DNA from: Candidatus Aminicenantes bacterium
GTDB lineage: Bacteria; Acidobacteriota; Aminicenantia; Aminicenantales; Saccharicenantaceae
Direction: 5' to 3'
Assembly (NCBI GenBank): GCA_963742235.1
Contig: CAVULT010000002.1
Location: 1,201-65,200, forward strand
Length of the DNA: 64,000 nucleotides
The notes under the pieces were generated by a model, which ran no database searches, was not told the origin of the DNA, and was given only the letters and a program-made list of their open reading frames with translations. This document shows, piece by piece, positions 10,434 through 20,509 of the stretch. The position numbers and the translations under genes are program-made. The first letter of the stretch is position 1, and each line of letters starts with the position of its first letter.

Positions 10434-10939
10434 CAAAAAGATCTCGGACCGTCTGGGTCCTCGTGGGCGCCCTGGCCCCGACGGCCCTGCTCATCGCGTC
10501 CATCCGGGAGAAGCCTGATCTCACCGGAACCTGGGTCCTGAATCTCGAGAAAAGCCGGCTCCAGATCGAGGACAAGATCGAGAGCGGGACTTTCAGGATC
10601 GAACATAAGGAGCCGGTTTTCCGTTTCAGCCGGGTCTTCGTCGTCGACGGCAAAGAAGACGCCCTGTCTTACGACCTGACCACGGACGGGAAGGAAAAGA
10701 TCGAGAACGGGCCCGGCCGGACGACGACCAGCCGGCTCTACTGGGACGGCGACGTCCTCGTCCTCGATGAGCGGATCGTCCTCAAGGACGGACGCCAAGC
10801 GACCAACGTCGTCCGTTACAGTCTCCAGGACGGAGGCCGGACGCTCGTGGCCGAGGAAAAATTCCGCGGTCCCCTCCGCAAGCACGACAACCTCTGGGTC
10901 GCGGACCGCAAGAGCCCGTCCCGCGGTTCGTCTCGCTAG
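10430..10939 (+). CDS. Exported lipocalin-like hypothetical protein
   Basis: GTG overlapping upstream stop; N-terminal hydrophobic segment; PDLTGTWVLNLEKS motif; beta-rich. Confidence 0.6.
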   Translation: MTKRSRTVWVLVGALAPTALLIASIREKPDLTGTWVLNLEKSRLQIEDKIESGTFRIEHKEPVFRFSRVFVVDGKEDALSYDLTTDGKEKIENGPGRTTTSRLYWDGDVLVLDERIVLKDGRQATNVVRYSLQDGGRTLVAEEKFRGPLRKHDNLWVADRKSPSRGSSR

Positions 10940-11017
10940 CGCCGGGAGCCGCTTCGCCAACCTTCGGCCTTGTCCGGGAGTATTTCCTGACGTAGGATAA
11001 TGCGCAGGAGGTGCCCC

Positions 11018-13111
11018 ATGTCGAGATGGATCCGGACCGCTTTGCCTGTTCTGGCCGTTCTGGCGGCCTTCGCCCTTTTCCCCCGAGCCGGGATCACGGC
11101 CGGCGCCTCCGTCGAAGTCGTCAGGCACGCCCCCACGGTCGAAGACCTCATGGCCTTGAGATCCGCGGGCGGCCCGCGCATCTCGCCGGACGGGCGCCGC
11201 GTCGCCTTCACGATCACGGAAACCGATTTCGGCCAAGATGCCTACGTCACCCAGATCTGGCTGGCCGATGTCGCTTCGGGTCAGGCGATCCAGCTGACGA
11301 GGGGCAAGAAATCCTCGTCCGGCCCGACCTGGTCGCCCGACGGCCGATGGATCGCTTTCACCTCGAGCCGGGCGGATGACAAGTCCCAGATCTTCGCCAT
11401 CAGCCCGGATGGGGGCGAAGCGATCCAGTTGACCAAGGCCGAGACCGGCGTCGGAGGATTCGACTGGTCCCCGGACGGGAAGACGATCGCCTACACGGCC
11501 GGCGACCCGGTTTCGGAGGAGGCCAAGGCGCGCAAGGACTTTTACGGGGACTATGACGTCGTGAGGCGGGAATATACGTATTCCCATCTCTGGACCGTTG
11601 ACGTGGCCGAAGCCCTGCGCGCTCCGCAGCCGGGCCGGCGCCGAACGAGCGGCAAGGCGTTCACGGTCGGCGGGTTCGACTGGTCGCCCGACGGGACGAA
11701 GATCGCCTTCGGCGCCACGATCGATCCCGATCTCATCAACGGCGGGACTTCCGATATCTTCATCCTCGACCTGTCCGGCGACACGGTCAGGAAGGTCGTC
11801 GACCAGCCCGGGCCCGACTCCTCGCCTCTCTGGTCGCCGGACGGCCGCTCCATCCTGTTTTCGAGCGCCATGGGCCGGCGCGATTATTTCGCCATGAACT
11901 CGGCGCTCGCCCTTGTCCCCGTCGACGGCGGGTCGATTCGTCCCTTGACGGCGGCCTTCGACGAGAGCCCCAACGCGGTCGCTTGGAACAAAGCGGGGAT
12001 CTTTTTCTCGGCCCTGCAGAAGACCGCCTCGCACCTCTTCCGGCTCGATCCCGTGTCGCTCGGGATCGAAAGGGTGAGCGCGCCGGACGCGGCCATGGCC
12101 TCCGGCTTCACATTCTCCAAGGACGGCCTGCGGGTGGCCTTCCAGGAAGGGACGGCCAGCGCGCTTTCGGAGATCTTCGTCACGGAATTCCCCTGGCGGC
12201 CGCGCCCGCTGACGCGGATGACCGACCAGGTCGGGGCGCTCGCGCTCGGCACCCGGGAGCTCATCTCCTGGAAGAGCAAGGACGGCACGCCGATCGAAGG
12301 CGTTCTCATCAAGCCGGCCGGGTTCGATCCGGCGAAGAAGTATGCCCTTCTCTGCGTTATCCACGGCGGACCGACCGGCGTCGATCGCCCGGCCCTTCTC
12401 TCCGGCGACTCGCGTTCTTATCCTTCGGACATCTGGGCGGCACGCGGCGCGCTCATCCTGAAGGTCAACTACCGGGGCAGCGTGGGCTACGGCGAGAAGT
12501 TCCGCCGGCTTAATTACCGCAATCTCGGCGTCGGCGACGCCTGGGACGTCCTCTCCGGTGTCGATGATCTGGTCAAGAAGGGCTGGGTCGACCCGAACAG
12601 GGTCGGGTGCATGGGCTGGAGCCAGGGCGGCTACATCTCGGCCTTCCTGACGACGTCGTCGAAAGCGTTCAAGGCCATCTCCGTCGGGGCGGGGATCTCG
12701 GACTGGGCCACTTATTACTACAACACCGACATCACGCCTTTCACGATCCAGTACCTGGGGGCCGACCCCGCAACCGATCCGGCCATCTACGCCAAGACCT
12801 CGCCCATGACCTACATCAAGCAGGCGGCGACGCCGACGCTCATCCAGCACGGCGAGCTCGACCGCCGGGTGCCGATCGCCAACGCCTACGAGCTGCGCCA
12901 GGGCCTCGAGGACCGGGGCGTTCCGGTCGAGATGGTCGTCTACAAGGGCTACGGCCACGGCATCACCAAACCCAAGTCCGTGAGGGCCGTGATGGAGCAC
13001 AACCTGGCCTGGTTCGGCCACTATATCTTCGGCGATCCCAAGCCGGACCTGGCCGCTCCGCCGGTCCCGAAGAAGCCGGACGAAGTGGAGAAGAAAGGGG
13101 GCGACGAATGA
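11018..13111 (+). CDS. S9 family peptidase (acylaminoacyl/dipeptidyl peptidase)
   Basis: Signal peptide, WSPDG repeats, [22 protein letters not shown]. Confidence 0.93.
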   Translation: MSRWIRTALPVLAVLAAFALFPRAGITAGASVEVVRHAPTVEDLMALRSAGGPRISPDGRRVAFTITETDFGQDAYVTQIWLADVASGQAIQLTRGKKSSSGPTWSPDGRWIAFTSSRADDKSQIFAISPDGGEAIQLTKAETGVGGFDWSPDGKTIAYTAGDPVSEEAKARKDFYGDYDVVRREYTYSHLWTVDVAEALRAPQPGRRRTSGKAFTVGGFDWSPDGTKIAFGATIDPDLINGGTSDIFILDLSGDTVRKVVDQPGPDSSPLWSPDGRSILFSSAMGRRDYFAMNSALALVPVDGGSIRPLTAAFDESPNAVAWNKAGIFFSALQKTASHLFRLDPVSLGIERVSAPDAAMASGFTFSKDGLRVAFQEGTASALSEIFVTEFPWRPRPLTRMTDQVGALALGTRELISWKSKDGTPIEGVLIKPAGFDPAKKYALLCVIHGGPTGVDRPALLSGDSRSYPSDIWAARGALILKVNYRGSVGYGEKFRRLNYRNLGVGDAWDVLSGVDDLVKKGWVDPNRVGCMGWSQGGYISAFLTTSSKAFKAISVGAGISDWATYYYNTDITPFTIQYLGADPATDPAIYAKTSPMTYIKQAATPTLIQHGELDRRVPIANAYELRQGLEDRGVPVEMVVYKGYGHGITKPKSVRAVMEHNLAWFGHYIFGDPKPDLAAPPVPKKPDEVEKKGGDE

Positions 13112-13572
13112 GGTGCAGAGTCTGCGGCAAGGACTACCCGTCGCTCTATCATTTCAAGACGGCCGACACCTGCCTCTCCTGCTACGAGGGCCTGAGCGAG
13201 GAGGAGCGGGCGAAGGCCGCCCAGCCCTCGCCGATCTCTCGGATGACGACGACGGCCTTCACCCTCGACGGCTACCGCATCGTCAAGTCGTTCGGCGTCA
13301 TCCGCGGCATCACCGTCCGCTCGCGCTCGGTCTTCGGGACGATCGGGGCCTCGCTTCAGACGATCGTCGGCGGCAACATCACCCTCTTCTCCGAGCTCTG
13401 CGAGCAGGCGCGGGCCGAGGCCTTCGAGATGATGGTCGCCCACGCCGTCGAGCGCGGCGCCAACGCGGTCATCGGAGTGCGCTACGACGCCACGGAGGTC
13501 ATCCAGGGCGCGACGGAGGTGCTCTGCTACGGCACGGCCGTCCTGGTCGAACCGGAAGGGGTCAAACCCTGA
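13108..13572 (+). CDS. YbjQ (UPF0145) family protein with N-terminal CxxC...CxxC extension
   Basis: [28 protein letters not shown]; N-terminal CRVC and CLSC. Confidence 0.85.
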   Translation: MRCRVCGKDYPSLYHFKTADTCLSCYEGLSEEERAKAAQPSPISRMTTTAFTLDGYRIVKSFGVIRGITVRSRSVFGTIGASLQTIVGGNITLFSELCEQARAEAFEMMVAHAVERGANAVIGVRYDATEVIQGATEVLCYGTAVLVEPEGVKP

Positions 13573-13586
13573 GGTTTGACCCCTTC
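13555..13586. repeat. Minimal GGGGTCAAACC palindrome overlapping the ybjQ-like stop codon
   Basis: GAAGGGGTCAAACC-CTGA-GGTTTGACCCCTTC; arms shared with the 1655 and 20354 elements. Confidence 0.8.
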
Positions 13587-13627
13587 TTCAAATCCTGATG
13601 AAACGCCCGACGGCTCTCGACCTCGGA

Positions 13628-13656
13628 TTGTCTCGCTCGGATGTCTATCGTATAAT
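13628..13656 (+). promoter_or_regulatory. Sigma70 promoter of tRNA-Leu
   Basis: TTGTCT-N17-TATAAT. Confidence 0.65.
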
Positions 13657-13681
13657 CGACCCGGTCCTCGGACCGGTTGCA

Positions 13682-13765
13682 GCCCGGGTGGCGGAATAGG
13701 TATACGCACGACACTTAAAATGTCGCGGCCGTAAGGCCTTGCGGGTTCGAGTCCCGCCCTGGGCA
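13682..13765 (+). tRNA. tRNA-Leu(TAA)
   Basis: Acceptor GCCCGGG/CCTGGGC+A, anticodon arm CGACA-CTTAAAA-TGTCG, long variable arm, GGTTCGAGTCC T-loop; CCA not encoded. Confidence 0.95.
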
Positions 13766-13808
13766 TTTCTTCTCCCCATCCAAGCTGAAGCCCGCCGAAG
13801 GCCCGGAC

Positions 13809-16361
13809 TCAGGGACGGCGCTCGGCGTCATTCCAGACGATGTCGCCGCGCTCAAGGCTCCAGTCGTTGCCGAACCAGCCGATGGCCCGGACGCCGCCGC
13901 TCCCGGAGCGCAGGGTCTCGGCTTGAAAGAGAAGCAGGTCAGGGAAGCCCGCGCCGCTGATGAAGTACTGTGCCGGCGAGGCCGCGATCCAACCCGCCTT
14001 CCCGGTCCAGGCGACGGCGCCGACCGAGGCGACGTCACTCCCGGGACGGGGCCTGATAAAATAGGCGGCGTAATCCGGTCCGATGTACGGCTTCTCCCCC
14101 ATCCGGACGCGGCCGTTCCGGACCTCGACCGGCGAGCCCGCAAGAAGCTTCGACCAGACGGCGTTCGTATCGGCGTTGCCGTAGAGGATGACGCTGCGGT
14201 CTTTGGACTTGGCGGGATCGAAGGCCGTGTCGGGCACGATCTCGATTCCCGCGTTGCCCCGCACCCAGAATGTCTCGGCGTCGAACCGGGCCTTGCCGAA
14301 GCTGCGGGCATCCTCGGCGGCGTCGCCCCTCGTCCCGTAGACAAGGACGAAGCCGTGGCGGAAGGCATCTTTGAACCCGCCCGAGCGGCCGGGGCCCTTC
14401 GAGCCAGGCCCCGCCGGCCCGGATGCGACCGTCCAACCTTTATCTCCGCGCTCGAGATAGATCCGGCCGGTCTCCGGCAGGCCGGACGCTTCGAGCTTGG
14501 ACCCGTCAAGCTCGATGGTGATCATCTCCCCGGGGATATCGATCGCCAGCCGCTCGACGTTCTCGGTCGTTCCCTTGAACGTCTTCCCGGCGTCGTCCCT
14601 TTCGATCGCGACCTTGCTGTATTCGAGCGGCCGCTGCTGGGCCAGGATCTCGACCCAACGTGACCGCGACGAGATCCCCGGATTGGCGGTGACGAACTCG
14701 ACCCGCTTGACCTCGGCATCCGAGGGCGCGACGTGGTCCTTCAGGAATTCTAAGAGCGGCGGCCAGTCGACGCATTCATTGCCCCACCAATGACCGGCCC
14801 CGGGCCGCTCATAGTAGGCGAAATCCGGGTGGAACCGGCCCAGGAGCTCGCGCATGTGCCGGGCCTGCTCCACCGGCACATTGTCGTCCTGGTCCCCGTG
14901 AAGGATATAGATCCCAAAGGAGAGGAAATTCCGGGCGAGGTTCGTCGTTTCGCTGGCGTTGTTCGCCCTCAGGAGCATCCTCTCCATGGGCGACGGATCC
15001 TTGTAGACTGCTCCCCCGCCATACGAAGTGAAGCTGTACCAGCCGGCGCTCGGCGCGATGGCCGCCCAGGGCCCGGGGACCGTCGCGCCGATCTGCCAGG
15101 TGCCATGCCCGCCCATGGAGTGCCCGGTGAGATAGGTGCGGGCCGGGTCCGTCCCGTAGAGGCGCGTCGCCTCGGCCAGGACCTCGAGGGCGTCGAGCCG
15201 GCCCCAGTCCTCCCAATCGAAGCCATAGGGCCGGCGGTTGGACGCCGCCACGATCCAGGCCCAGTCCTTGGGCTTGTAGGCGCGGGCTTGCCCGATGGCC
15301 TCGACGCCAGCGCCGTGAAGGGTCAGGATAAGGGCGGGCTTGGGTCCGGCCGGCCGGTCAGCTCGAGAGAGATCGCCCCCCGCCGCCGGCACAACGCCGA
15401 AATACTGGACGCTTCGGTCGATCTCGCTGACGAACGTCCTCGAGTGGTGCGCCGAAGCCGCCGGGGCCTTGAGCTCGAGCATGAACGGCGGCGATTCGAT
15501 CGTCCGTCGTCCGGCCCGCACTCTGGCCCGGACCTCGATCTTGACCGGGCCCTCCGCCGAGGGCGCGTCGACGGCCAGCGGCACGGCCAGCTTCTGGGTC
15601 AGAAGAGGCGCCAAGGTCACGTCCAGACCGGCTCGGCCCTCCCGCCCTCCGACATTGAAGAAAACCTCGATCCGGTCGAGCCTCTCTCCGGTCGCGTTGA
15701 CCAGCCTCAATCCGGCCCACGCAGGTCCCTTTCCCCCGATGACAAGGTCCGGCAGGGTCATGTCCTTGTCGGTGAAGAAGATCTCCGCCTTCGGCTCCAA
15801 GAGCCTCCCCTTGAACCGGCCGCGCTCGCCTCTGAAAAGAAACTTGTTGCGGCCCCGAACGAGCCTCACGGGCTCGAGGAGATAATCCGCCCCATATTTT
15901 TCTCCGCCCCGCGGCTCCCCGTTGACCCAGGCGACGTAGAACCCCGTCGCTTCGAGCGTCATCGTCCGCGGGCGCGCCGAGTCGACGACGATATCGAGGT
16001 ATCCGCCGGCCAGGGCGCGGTTCTCGATCCAACCGTCCTTCCCCGCCTCGACGGGGACCCAGGCCTGGTCCTCGCCCTCGGCGCTCTTTCCGACGACGAT
16101 CCCCGGCCGCGGCTCGGCCATCGTGCCCTGGGCCATCTGCCAGGCCAGAAGATCCGACGGGACCGAGAACCGGCCGTACTGTCCGATCAATCCGACGGCC
16201 ATGCCCTTCGTCAGTGCGAGTTCCTTGGCATCGGCCGCAAGCTCGAGGGCGGAAACCGGGGAGTTCTTTGAAGCCGCGCTCGTAGCGGCGGCAACAAGGA
16301 TAACCGGGATGAAAACCGAGCAGATCAGGATCGAGGCGGCGAGGTCGATTCGGCGTTTCAT
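13809..16361 (-). CDS. Secreted multidomain alpha/beta hydrolase (prolyl oligopeptidase/esterase-like)
   Basis: Signal peptide, LHGAG, GHSMGGHG nucleophile elbow, HGDQDDNVP, GAGHWW. Confidence 0.85.
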   Translation of the reverse strand: MKRRIDLAASILICSVFIPVILVAAATSAASKNSPVSALELAADAKELALTKGMAVGLIGQYGRFSVPSDLLAWQMAQGTMAEPRPGIVVGKSAEGEDQAWVPVEAGKDGWIENRALAGGYLDIVVDSARPRTMTLEATGFYVAWVNGEPRGGEKYGADYLLEPVRLVRGRNKFLFRGERGRFKGRLLEPKAEIFFTDKDMTLPDLVIGGKGPAWAGLRLVNATGERLDRIEVFFNVGGREGRAGLDVTLAPLLTQKLAVPLAVDAPSAEGPVKIEVRARVRAGRRTIESPPFMLELKAPAASAHHSRTFVSEIDRSVQYFGVVPAAGGDLSRADRPAGPKPALILTLHGAGVEAIGQARAYKPKDWAWIVAASNRRPYGFDWEDWGRLDALEVLAEATRLYGTDPARTYLTGHSMGGHGTWQIGATVPGPWAAIAPSAGWYSFTSYGGGAVYKDPSPMERMLLRANNASETTNLARNFLSFGIYILHGDQDDNVPVEQARHMRELLGRFHPDFAYYERPGAGHWWGNECVDWPPLLEFLKDHVAPSDAEVKRVEFVTANPGISSRSRWVEILAQQRPLEYSKVAIERDDAGKTFKGTTENVERLAIDIPGEMITIELDGSKLEASGLPETGRIYLERGDKGWTVASGPAGPGSKGPGRSGGFKDAFRHGFVLVYGTRGDAAEDARSFGKARFDAETFWVRGNAGIEIVPDTAFDPAKSKDRSVILYGNADTNAVWSKLLAGSPVEVRNGRVRMGEKPYIGPDYAAYFIRPRPGSDVASVGAVAWTGKAGWIAASPAQYFISGAGFPDLLLFQAETLRSGSGGVRAIGWFGNDWSLERGDIVWNDAERRP

Positions 16362-16467
16362 GCGGCTCCTTCCTTCCCGGGCGTCCACATGCTCGGTAAT
16401 CCGCATCATAGCCGCCTAAAGACCGGACCGTCAATCTCATGAAGCTGAAAGAATTAATCCTTCTTCC

Positions 16468-16619
16468 GGAAATCCCTCTCGACGCGGCGAGGGATGTTGC
16501 CTCGTAGATCCCCGTCCGCGGAGAGGGGACCCGCGCAGCGGGGGGAACCGGACGACTGGTTCCCGGGGGGCCGGGGAGCTAGAGGCATATCCCGAGCCAA
16601 GCCGGAGAGAGGGAATCTC
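16468..16619. other. Structured intergenic element (nested imperfect inverted repeats); candidate ncRNA or MITE
   Basis: AATCCCTCTC/GAGAGGGAAT outer stem, GGGATGTTGCCTCGTAG/CTAGAGGCATATCCC and TCCCCG/CGGGGA inner stems, tip hairpins. Confidence 0.5.
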
Positions 16620-16633
16620 GAGAACAATGAGGG

Positions 16634-17716
16634 TCAGCAGTACCGGAGCTTGTTCCTCTTGACTTCCTTGAGCCGGGCGGCGAACTGCCGTCCGACCGCC
16701 TTCTCGCGCTGACGGCGGGTCTTCTCGTCCTTCTTGAGCTCGAGGCGCCTGAGCTCCAGACGCAGCTTGAGGTAGCTCTCCCAACGCCCGCGATCGAGGT
16801 CGCCGGATTCGACGGCCGCCCTCACGGCGCAGCCGGGCTCCTGGCCATGGCCGCAATCGGGAAACCGGCACCGGGCGGCCAACCGGTCGATCTCGTCGAA
16901 AGTCCGGTCCAGCCCGTCGTCATCCGCCCAGAGCTGAAGCTCGCGCAGGCCCGGGGTGTCGATGAGCAAAGCCCCCCCGGGCAGACGGACAAGCTCGCGC
17001 ACGGTCGTCGTGTGCCGGCCGCGGCCGGCCGCGCCGTCGCTCACCGCGGACGTCAGGAAGCGCTCTTCGCCGAGGAGACGATTGATCATCGTCGATTTCC
17101 CCACGCCCGAGGACCCGAGGAAGGCGATCGTCTTTCGCGGCAGCAGATAGGGAGCCAGCGCGTCGAGTCCGCGCTCGTCGCGGGCGCTGGCCGGCACGAT
17201 CGCGACGCCCGGCGCGATTGTGGCCGTCTGGGCGATGACGTCATCGAGGTCCGGCCGGAGGTCCGCCTTGTTGAGCACGATGACCGGCTCGGCGCCGCTC
17301 GACCAGGCGGCCGTCAGGTAACGCTCGATGCGCCGGAGGTTGAAATCCCCGTCGAGTCCGCTGACGAGGAACACGGTGTCGACGTTGGCCGCGACGACCT
17401 GGGCTTCGACGGCCTCGCCGGCCGCCTTCCGGGTGAACGCGCTCCGCCGCAGCAAAAGGGCCTCGATGATGGCTCGGCCCTCCCCAAAAAGACTCACGGC
17501 CGCCCAATCTCCGACCGCCGGATAGTCGGCGGGGCCCCTGGCGGCATGGCGGAACCGTCCAGAGACCTCACCCGGGAGCTCGCCCCGGGTGGTCACGAGA
17601 ATGGAGAGGTCGCGCATTTGCCTGACCACCCGCGCAGGAATCAGATCGCGCTCGGCGTAGGTCGCGAACTGAGCGTCGAACGCGTGGTCCCAGCCATACT
17701 CTGTCAATTTCGCCAA
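16634..17716 (-). CDS. rsgA: Ribosome small subunit-dependent GTPase A
   Basis: AVGDW, LNKADL, GSSGVGKST, GRHTT, DTPG, C-x-F-x-x-C-x-H-x-x-EPGC zinc finger. Confidence 0.95.
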   Translation of the reverse strand: MAKLTEYGWDHAFDAQFATYAERDLIPARVVRQMRDLSILVTTRGELPGEVSGRFRHAARGPADYPAVGDWAAVSLFGEGRAIIEALLLRRSAFTRKAAGEAVEAQVVAANVDTVFLVSGLDGDFNLRRIERYLTAAWSSGAEPVIVLNKADLRPDLDDVIAQTATIAPGVAIVPASARDERGLDALAPYLLPRKTIAFLGSSGVGKSTMINRLLGEERFLTSAVSDGAAGRGRHTTTVRELVRLPGGALLIDTPGLRELQLWADDDGLDRTFDEIDRLAARCRFPDCGHGQEPGCAVRAAVESGDLDRGRWESYLKLRLELRRLELKKDEKTRRQREKAVGRQFAARLKEVKRNKLRYC

Positions 17717-17843
17717 CTGCGGATACTCCTCGAGTTTTTCCCGATCCCGTGCAGGGGATCGGTCGGACGATAAGGCCGGCCTGAAGGATCTCGGGGCCCT
17801 TGCGGACCCGGGAAGCGTTCCTTCCGCTCCGTTCTCTTCGGCT

Positions 17844-18101
17844 TTACGGCGTGACCCTGTAAACCTTGTCCCCTTCGCGGACGTGCTCTTTGACCTTCAT
17901 GCCGGCCGAAATGCCCGTCTTGATCTCCGGGACCGAGAGGTGCTCTTGCTGGAGCGACTCCACGCTTTGTGTGAAATCGCTCGTGTGTCCCTTGATGCGG
18001 ATGGTCTCCCCGACCTTCAGGCTCCCGGCCGTGATCTCGACCACGGCGACACCGATCTTGGGGAAGAAATGGGTGATGTGTCCGATCTCTTCTTCTGCCA
18101 T
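17844..18101 (-). CDS. Small translation-elongation-factor-like / U32 C-terminal beta-barrel domain protein
   Basis: IGHITHFFPKIGVAVV...LKVGETIRIKG...VREGDKVY pattern; GGAGG RBS. Confidence 0.8.
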   Translation of the reverse strand: MAEEEIGHITHFFPKIGVAVVEITAGSLKVGETIRIKGHTSDFTQSVESLQQEHLSVPEIKTGISAGMKVKEHVREGDKVYRVTP

Positions 18102-18218
18102 CGTCCCTCCTCTTCGTCCTCCGAACGCTCCCGCCGCCCGGACGGAATGATACTCGCGGCCCGGGGCCGGGTCAATGTCCCGCCCGGCACGCCCGCCGGG
18201 CCGTCACCTGCGGGCCTT

Positions 18219-20279
18219 TTATCTCACCGGCAGGAACGAATAGTCCCGGCCGTACCGCAGCATCTGTTCGACGTAGCCTTCCTCGAGCGAGATCTTGACG
18301 TCGACGATCCGGCCGTTCTCGATAACCGGCGTATAGACGGGGTTGACGAAGCCGCTGTAAGGCGCGAGGTGGAGCCTGGCGTAGCGGTCGAGGACCTCCT
18401 GGTGGAGGGCCTGATCGACCTGAACACCGTAGGTCTCCATGAGGGTCTTGGCCGCCTCGTAGTCCCCTTCGCTCGTGATCCGTTGGACCTCGGCCAGGAG
18501 CCGGCCGAAAAGCCGGCGCAGCTTGTCGTAGTCGTTGATGACGAAATAAGTCTTGCCGTCCTTCATCACCCTTTCGATGACGTTCTCCGCCTTGCCTTTG
18601 TCATAGACCCACTGGGCGACCATGGCCCGGGCGCGCATGTGGGCCTCCTCGATCGTCTTGCCGGGCTGGATGCGGGTGAGCTGGGTCATCAGGCCGTTGC
18701 GGATGTCGAGATCGTATTCCGCCTTGGCCGCCTCGATCGTGGGCAGGAGCCCGAGCTCGACCATCTTGCCGTCCATGATGTAGTAAAGGGCGAAGAGGTC
18801 GGCCCGCGATTCCTCGATGGCCGAGTGGTAGTTCTTGAGGGACTCCGGCCCGACCCCGGGCATGAGCTGGCCCGAGCCGTGGCCGAGAACCTCGTGGAGG
18901 TCGGTGTGGATGTTCCCGGCCAGGGGCCCGTACTTTTGGGCCCGCTCGAGGAGCTCGGGGGAATAAGTGAATTCGGGACCGAAGGGCGACTTGAGCGAGG
19001 ATTGGTCGTAGGCGTAGGTGATGTTCTCGATGGTCACCGATTTCGACCCGTAGTTCTTGCGGATCCAGTTCGCGTTGGGCAGATTGATGCCGATCGGCGT
19101 CGAAGGGTAGCAGTCGCCGCCGAGCATGGCCGCGGTGATGACCTTGGCCGAAACGCCCTTGACCTCTTTCTTCTTGAACCGGGGATCGACCGGCGAGTTG
19201 TCCTCGAACCACTGGGCATTGGCGGAGATCGTGTCGGCCCGCTTCGTGGCGGCCAGGTCCTTGAAGTTGACGACCGACTCCCAGCTGGCCTTCAGGCCCA
19301 GCGGGTCGTTGTAGACCTCGATGAAGCCGTTGATGAAGTCGACGAGCGAGGCCAGGTCCTCGACCCAGAGGATGCTGTACTGGTCGAACTGCTCGAGGTC
19401 GCCCGACTTGTAGTAGGCGACGAGGGCCTCGATGACTTTCCTCTGCTGGTCGTTCTCGGCGACGCCGGCCGCCTTCTGGAGCCAATCGACGAGCTTGGCG
19501 ATGGCCGGCCCGTAGAGGCCGTCGATCCTGGCGACCTGCTCGACGACCCGGCCGTTCTTCTTGACGACGCGCGTGTTGAGGCCGTAGGAGATGGGCGTCT
19601 CGTCGTTCGTGTCGACGATCCCCTTATAATAGGCCTCGACCTCGGCCTGGGTGACCCCGTCGTAGAAGTTGACGGCCGAATTTGTGACCAGGTCCCTGGT
19701 CGAGTCCTGGGAGACCTTCTTCGGGGCCACGGCCGGGTCGAAGAGGATGGGACGCAGGAAGGCGACGAGATCGTCGACCGACTGTCCCTCGGCGACGGGG
19801 AAGATCACGCCCTCCGAGCCCTTGACCAGCGCGGCGAAATAGTCCGCAACGAACCCGGGCACGAACTTGTCGTTGGAATAGTGGTGGTGGATGCCGTTGG
19901 AGAACCAGACGCGCTTGACATAGATCATGAACTCGGCCCAACGGGGGTCGGTCCGGTCGCCCTTGTAGCCCGTGACGATGGCGTCGAGGGTATGACGGAT
20001 CAGGAGGTTGTACTTGTAGTTCTCGTCGAAGATGATGTCCCGGCCGCACGCGGCGGCCTCGCTGAGATAATAGACCAGCTCCTTCTCGGCCGGGGTGAGG
20101 GCTTCGAACCCGGGCACCTGGTATCGCAGGATCCGCAGGTCGGCGAACTGGTCGATCTGCCACGGGAATTCAGTTGCGGCCGCGGCCGGCTGGGGCGCCG
20201 GTTCCTTTTTCCTGCAGCCGAAGGCCGGGCCGACGATGGCGATGCAGAGGATGAGCCAGAACGAGCTCTTGATGTTCAT
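18219..20279 (-). CDS. Dipeptidyl-peptidase III (M49), lipoprotein
   Basis: HEVLGH hexapeptide zinc motif, EESRAD, GFIEVY.DP.G, GINLPN; lipobox AFGC. Confidence 0.93.
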   Translation of the reverse strand: MNIKSSFWLILCIAIVGPAFGCRKKEPAPQPAAAATEFPWQIDQFADLRILRYQVPGFEALTPAEKELVYYLSEAAACGRDIIFDENYKYNLLIRHTLDAIVTGYKGDRTDPRWAEFMIYVKRVWFSNGIHHHYSNDKFVPGFVADYFAALVKGSEGVIFPVAEGQSVDDLVAFLRPILFDPAVAPKKVSQDSTRDLVTNSAVNFYDGVTQAEVEAYYKGIVDTNDETPISYGLNTRVVKKNGRVVEQVARIDGLYGPAIAKLVDWLQKAAGVAENDQQRKVIEALVAYYKSGDLEQFDQYSILWVEDLASLVDFINGFIEVYNDPLGLKASWESVVNFKDLAATKRADTISANAQWFEDNSPVDPRFKKKEVKGVSAKVITAAMLGGDCYPSTPIGINLPNANWIRKNYGSKSVTIENITYAYDQSSLKSPFGPEFTYSPELLERAQKYGPLAGNIHTDLHEVLGHGSGQLMPGVGPESLKNYHSAIEESRADLFALYYIMDGKMVELGLLPTIEAAKAEYDLDIRNGLMTQLTRIQPGKTIEEAHMRARAMVAQWVYDKGKAENVIERVMKDGKTYFVINDYDKLRRLFGRLLAEVQRITSEGDYEAAKTLMETYGVQVDQALHQEVLDRYARLHLAPYSGFVNPVYTPVIENGRIVDVKISLEEGYVEQMLRYGRDYSFLPVR

Positions 20280-20353
20280 GCGGCGGGACCTCCCAGGGGG
20301 ATTTCGAAAGCGGCCTTATGATATCCGAACGGCCGCGCCGAGTCCATCCAGAT

Positions 20354-20444
20354 GGGGTCAAACCTACACTTTTTCACTTTTTCTTGGCACTCGGCTGAAA
20401 GCGAATGATCAAGGGAAAAAGTGAAAAAGTGTAGGTTTGACCCC
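20354..20444. repeat. REP/REPIN-like inverted repeat with 30-bp perfect arms
   Basis: GGGGTCAAACCTACACTTTTTCACTTTTTC (20354-20383) and exact reverse complement (20415-20444), between divergent genes. Confidence 0.88.
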
Positions 20445-20509
20445 CTCCGGAAGAAATCCGCCCGCCCCCACGTCTAAAGCGTGGCCGTGAATTCTGCGTG
20501 GAGGTAGAT

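Noticed and set aside
13682-13810. tRNA-Leu as an integration site for an island
   Set aside because: No integrase, no duplicated tRNA 3' end and no compositional shift seen
17735-17765. Hairpin CCGATCCC...GGGATCGG upstream of rsgA as a regulatory leader
   Set aside because: Short GC-rich stem with no recognisable motif; insufficient evidence
1655-20444. CRISPR interpretation of the recurring palindromes
   Set aside because: Copies are isolated inverted repeats kilobases apart, with no repeat-spacer array and no cas genes
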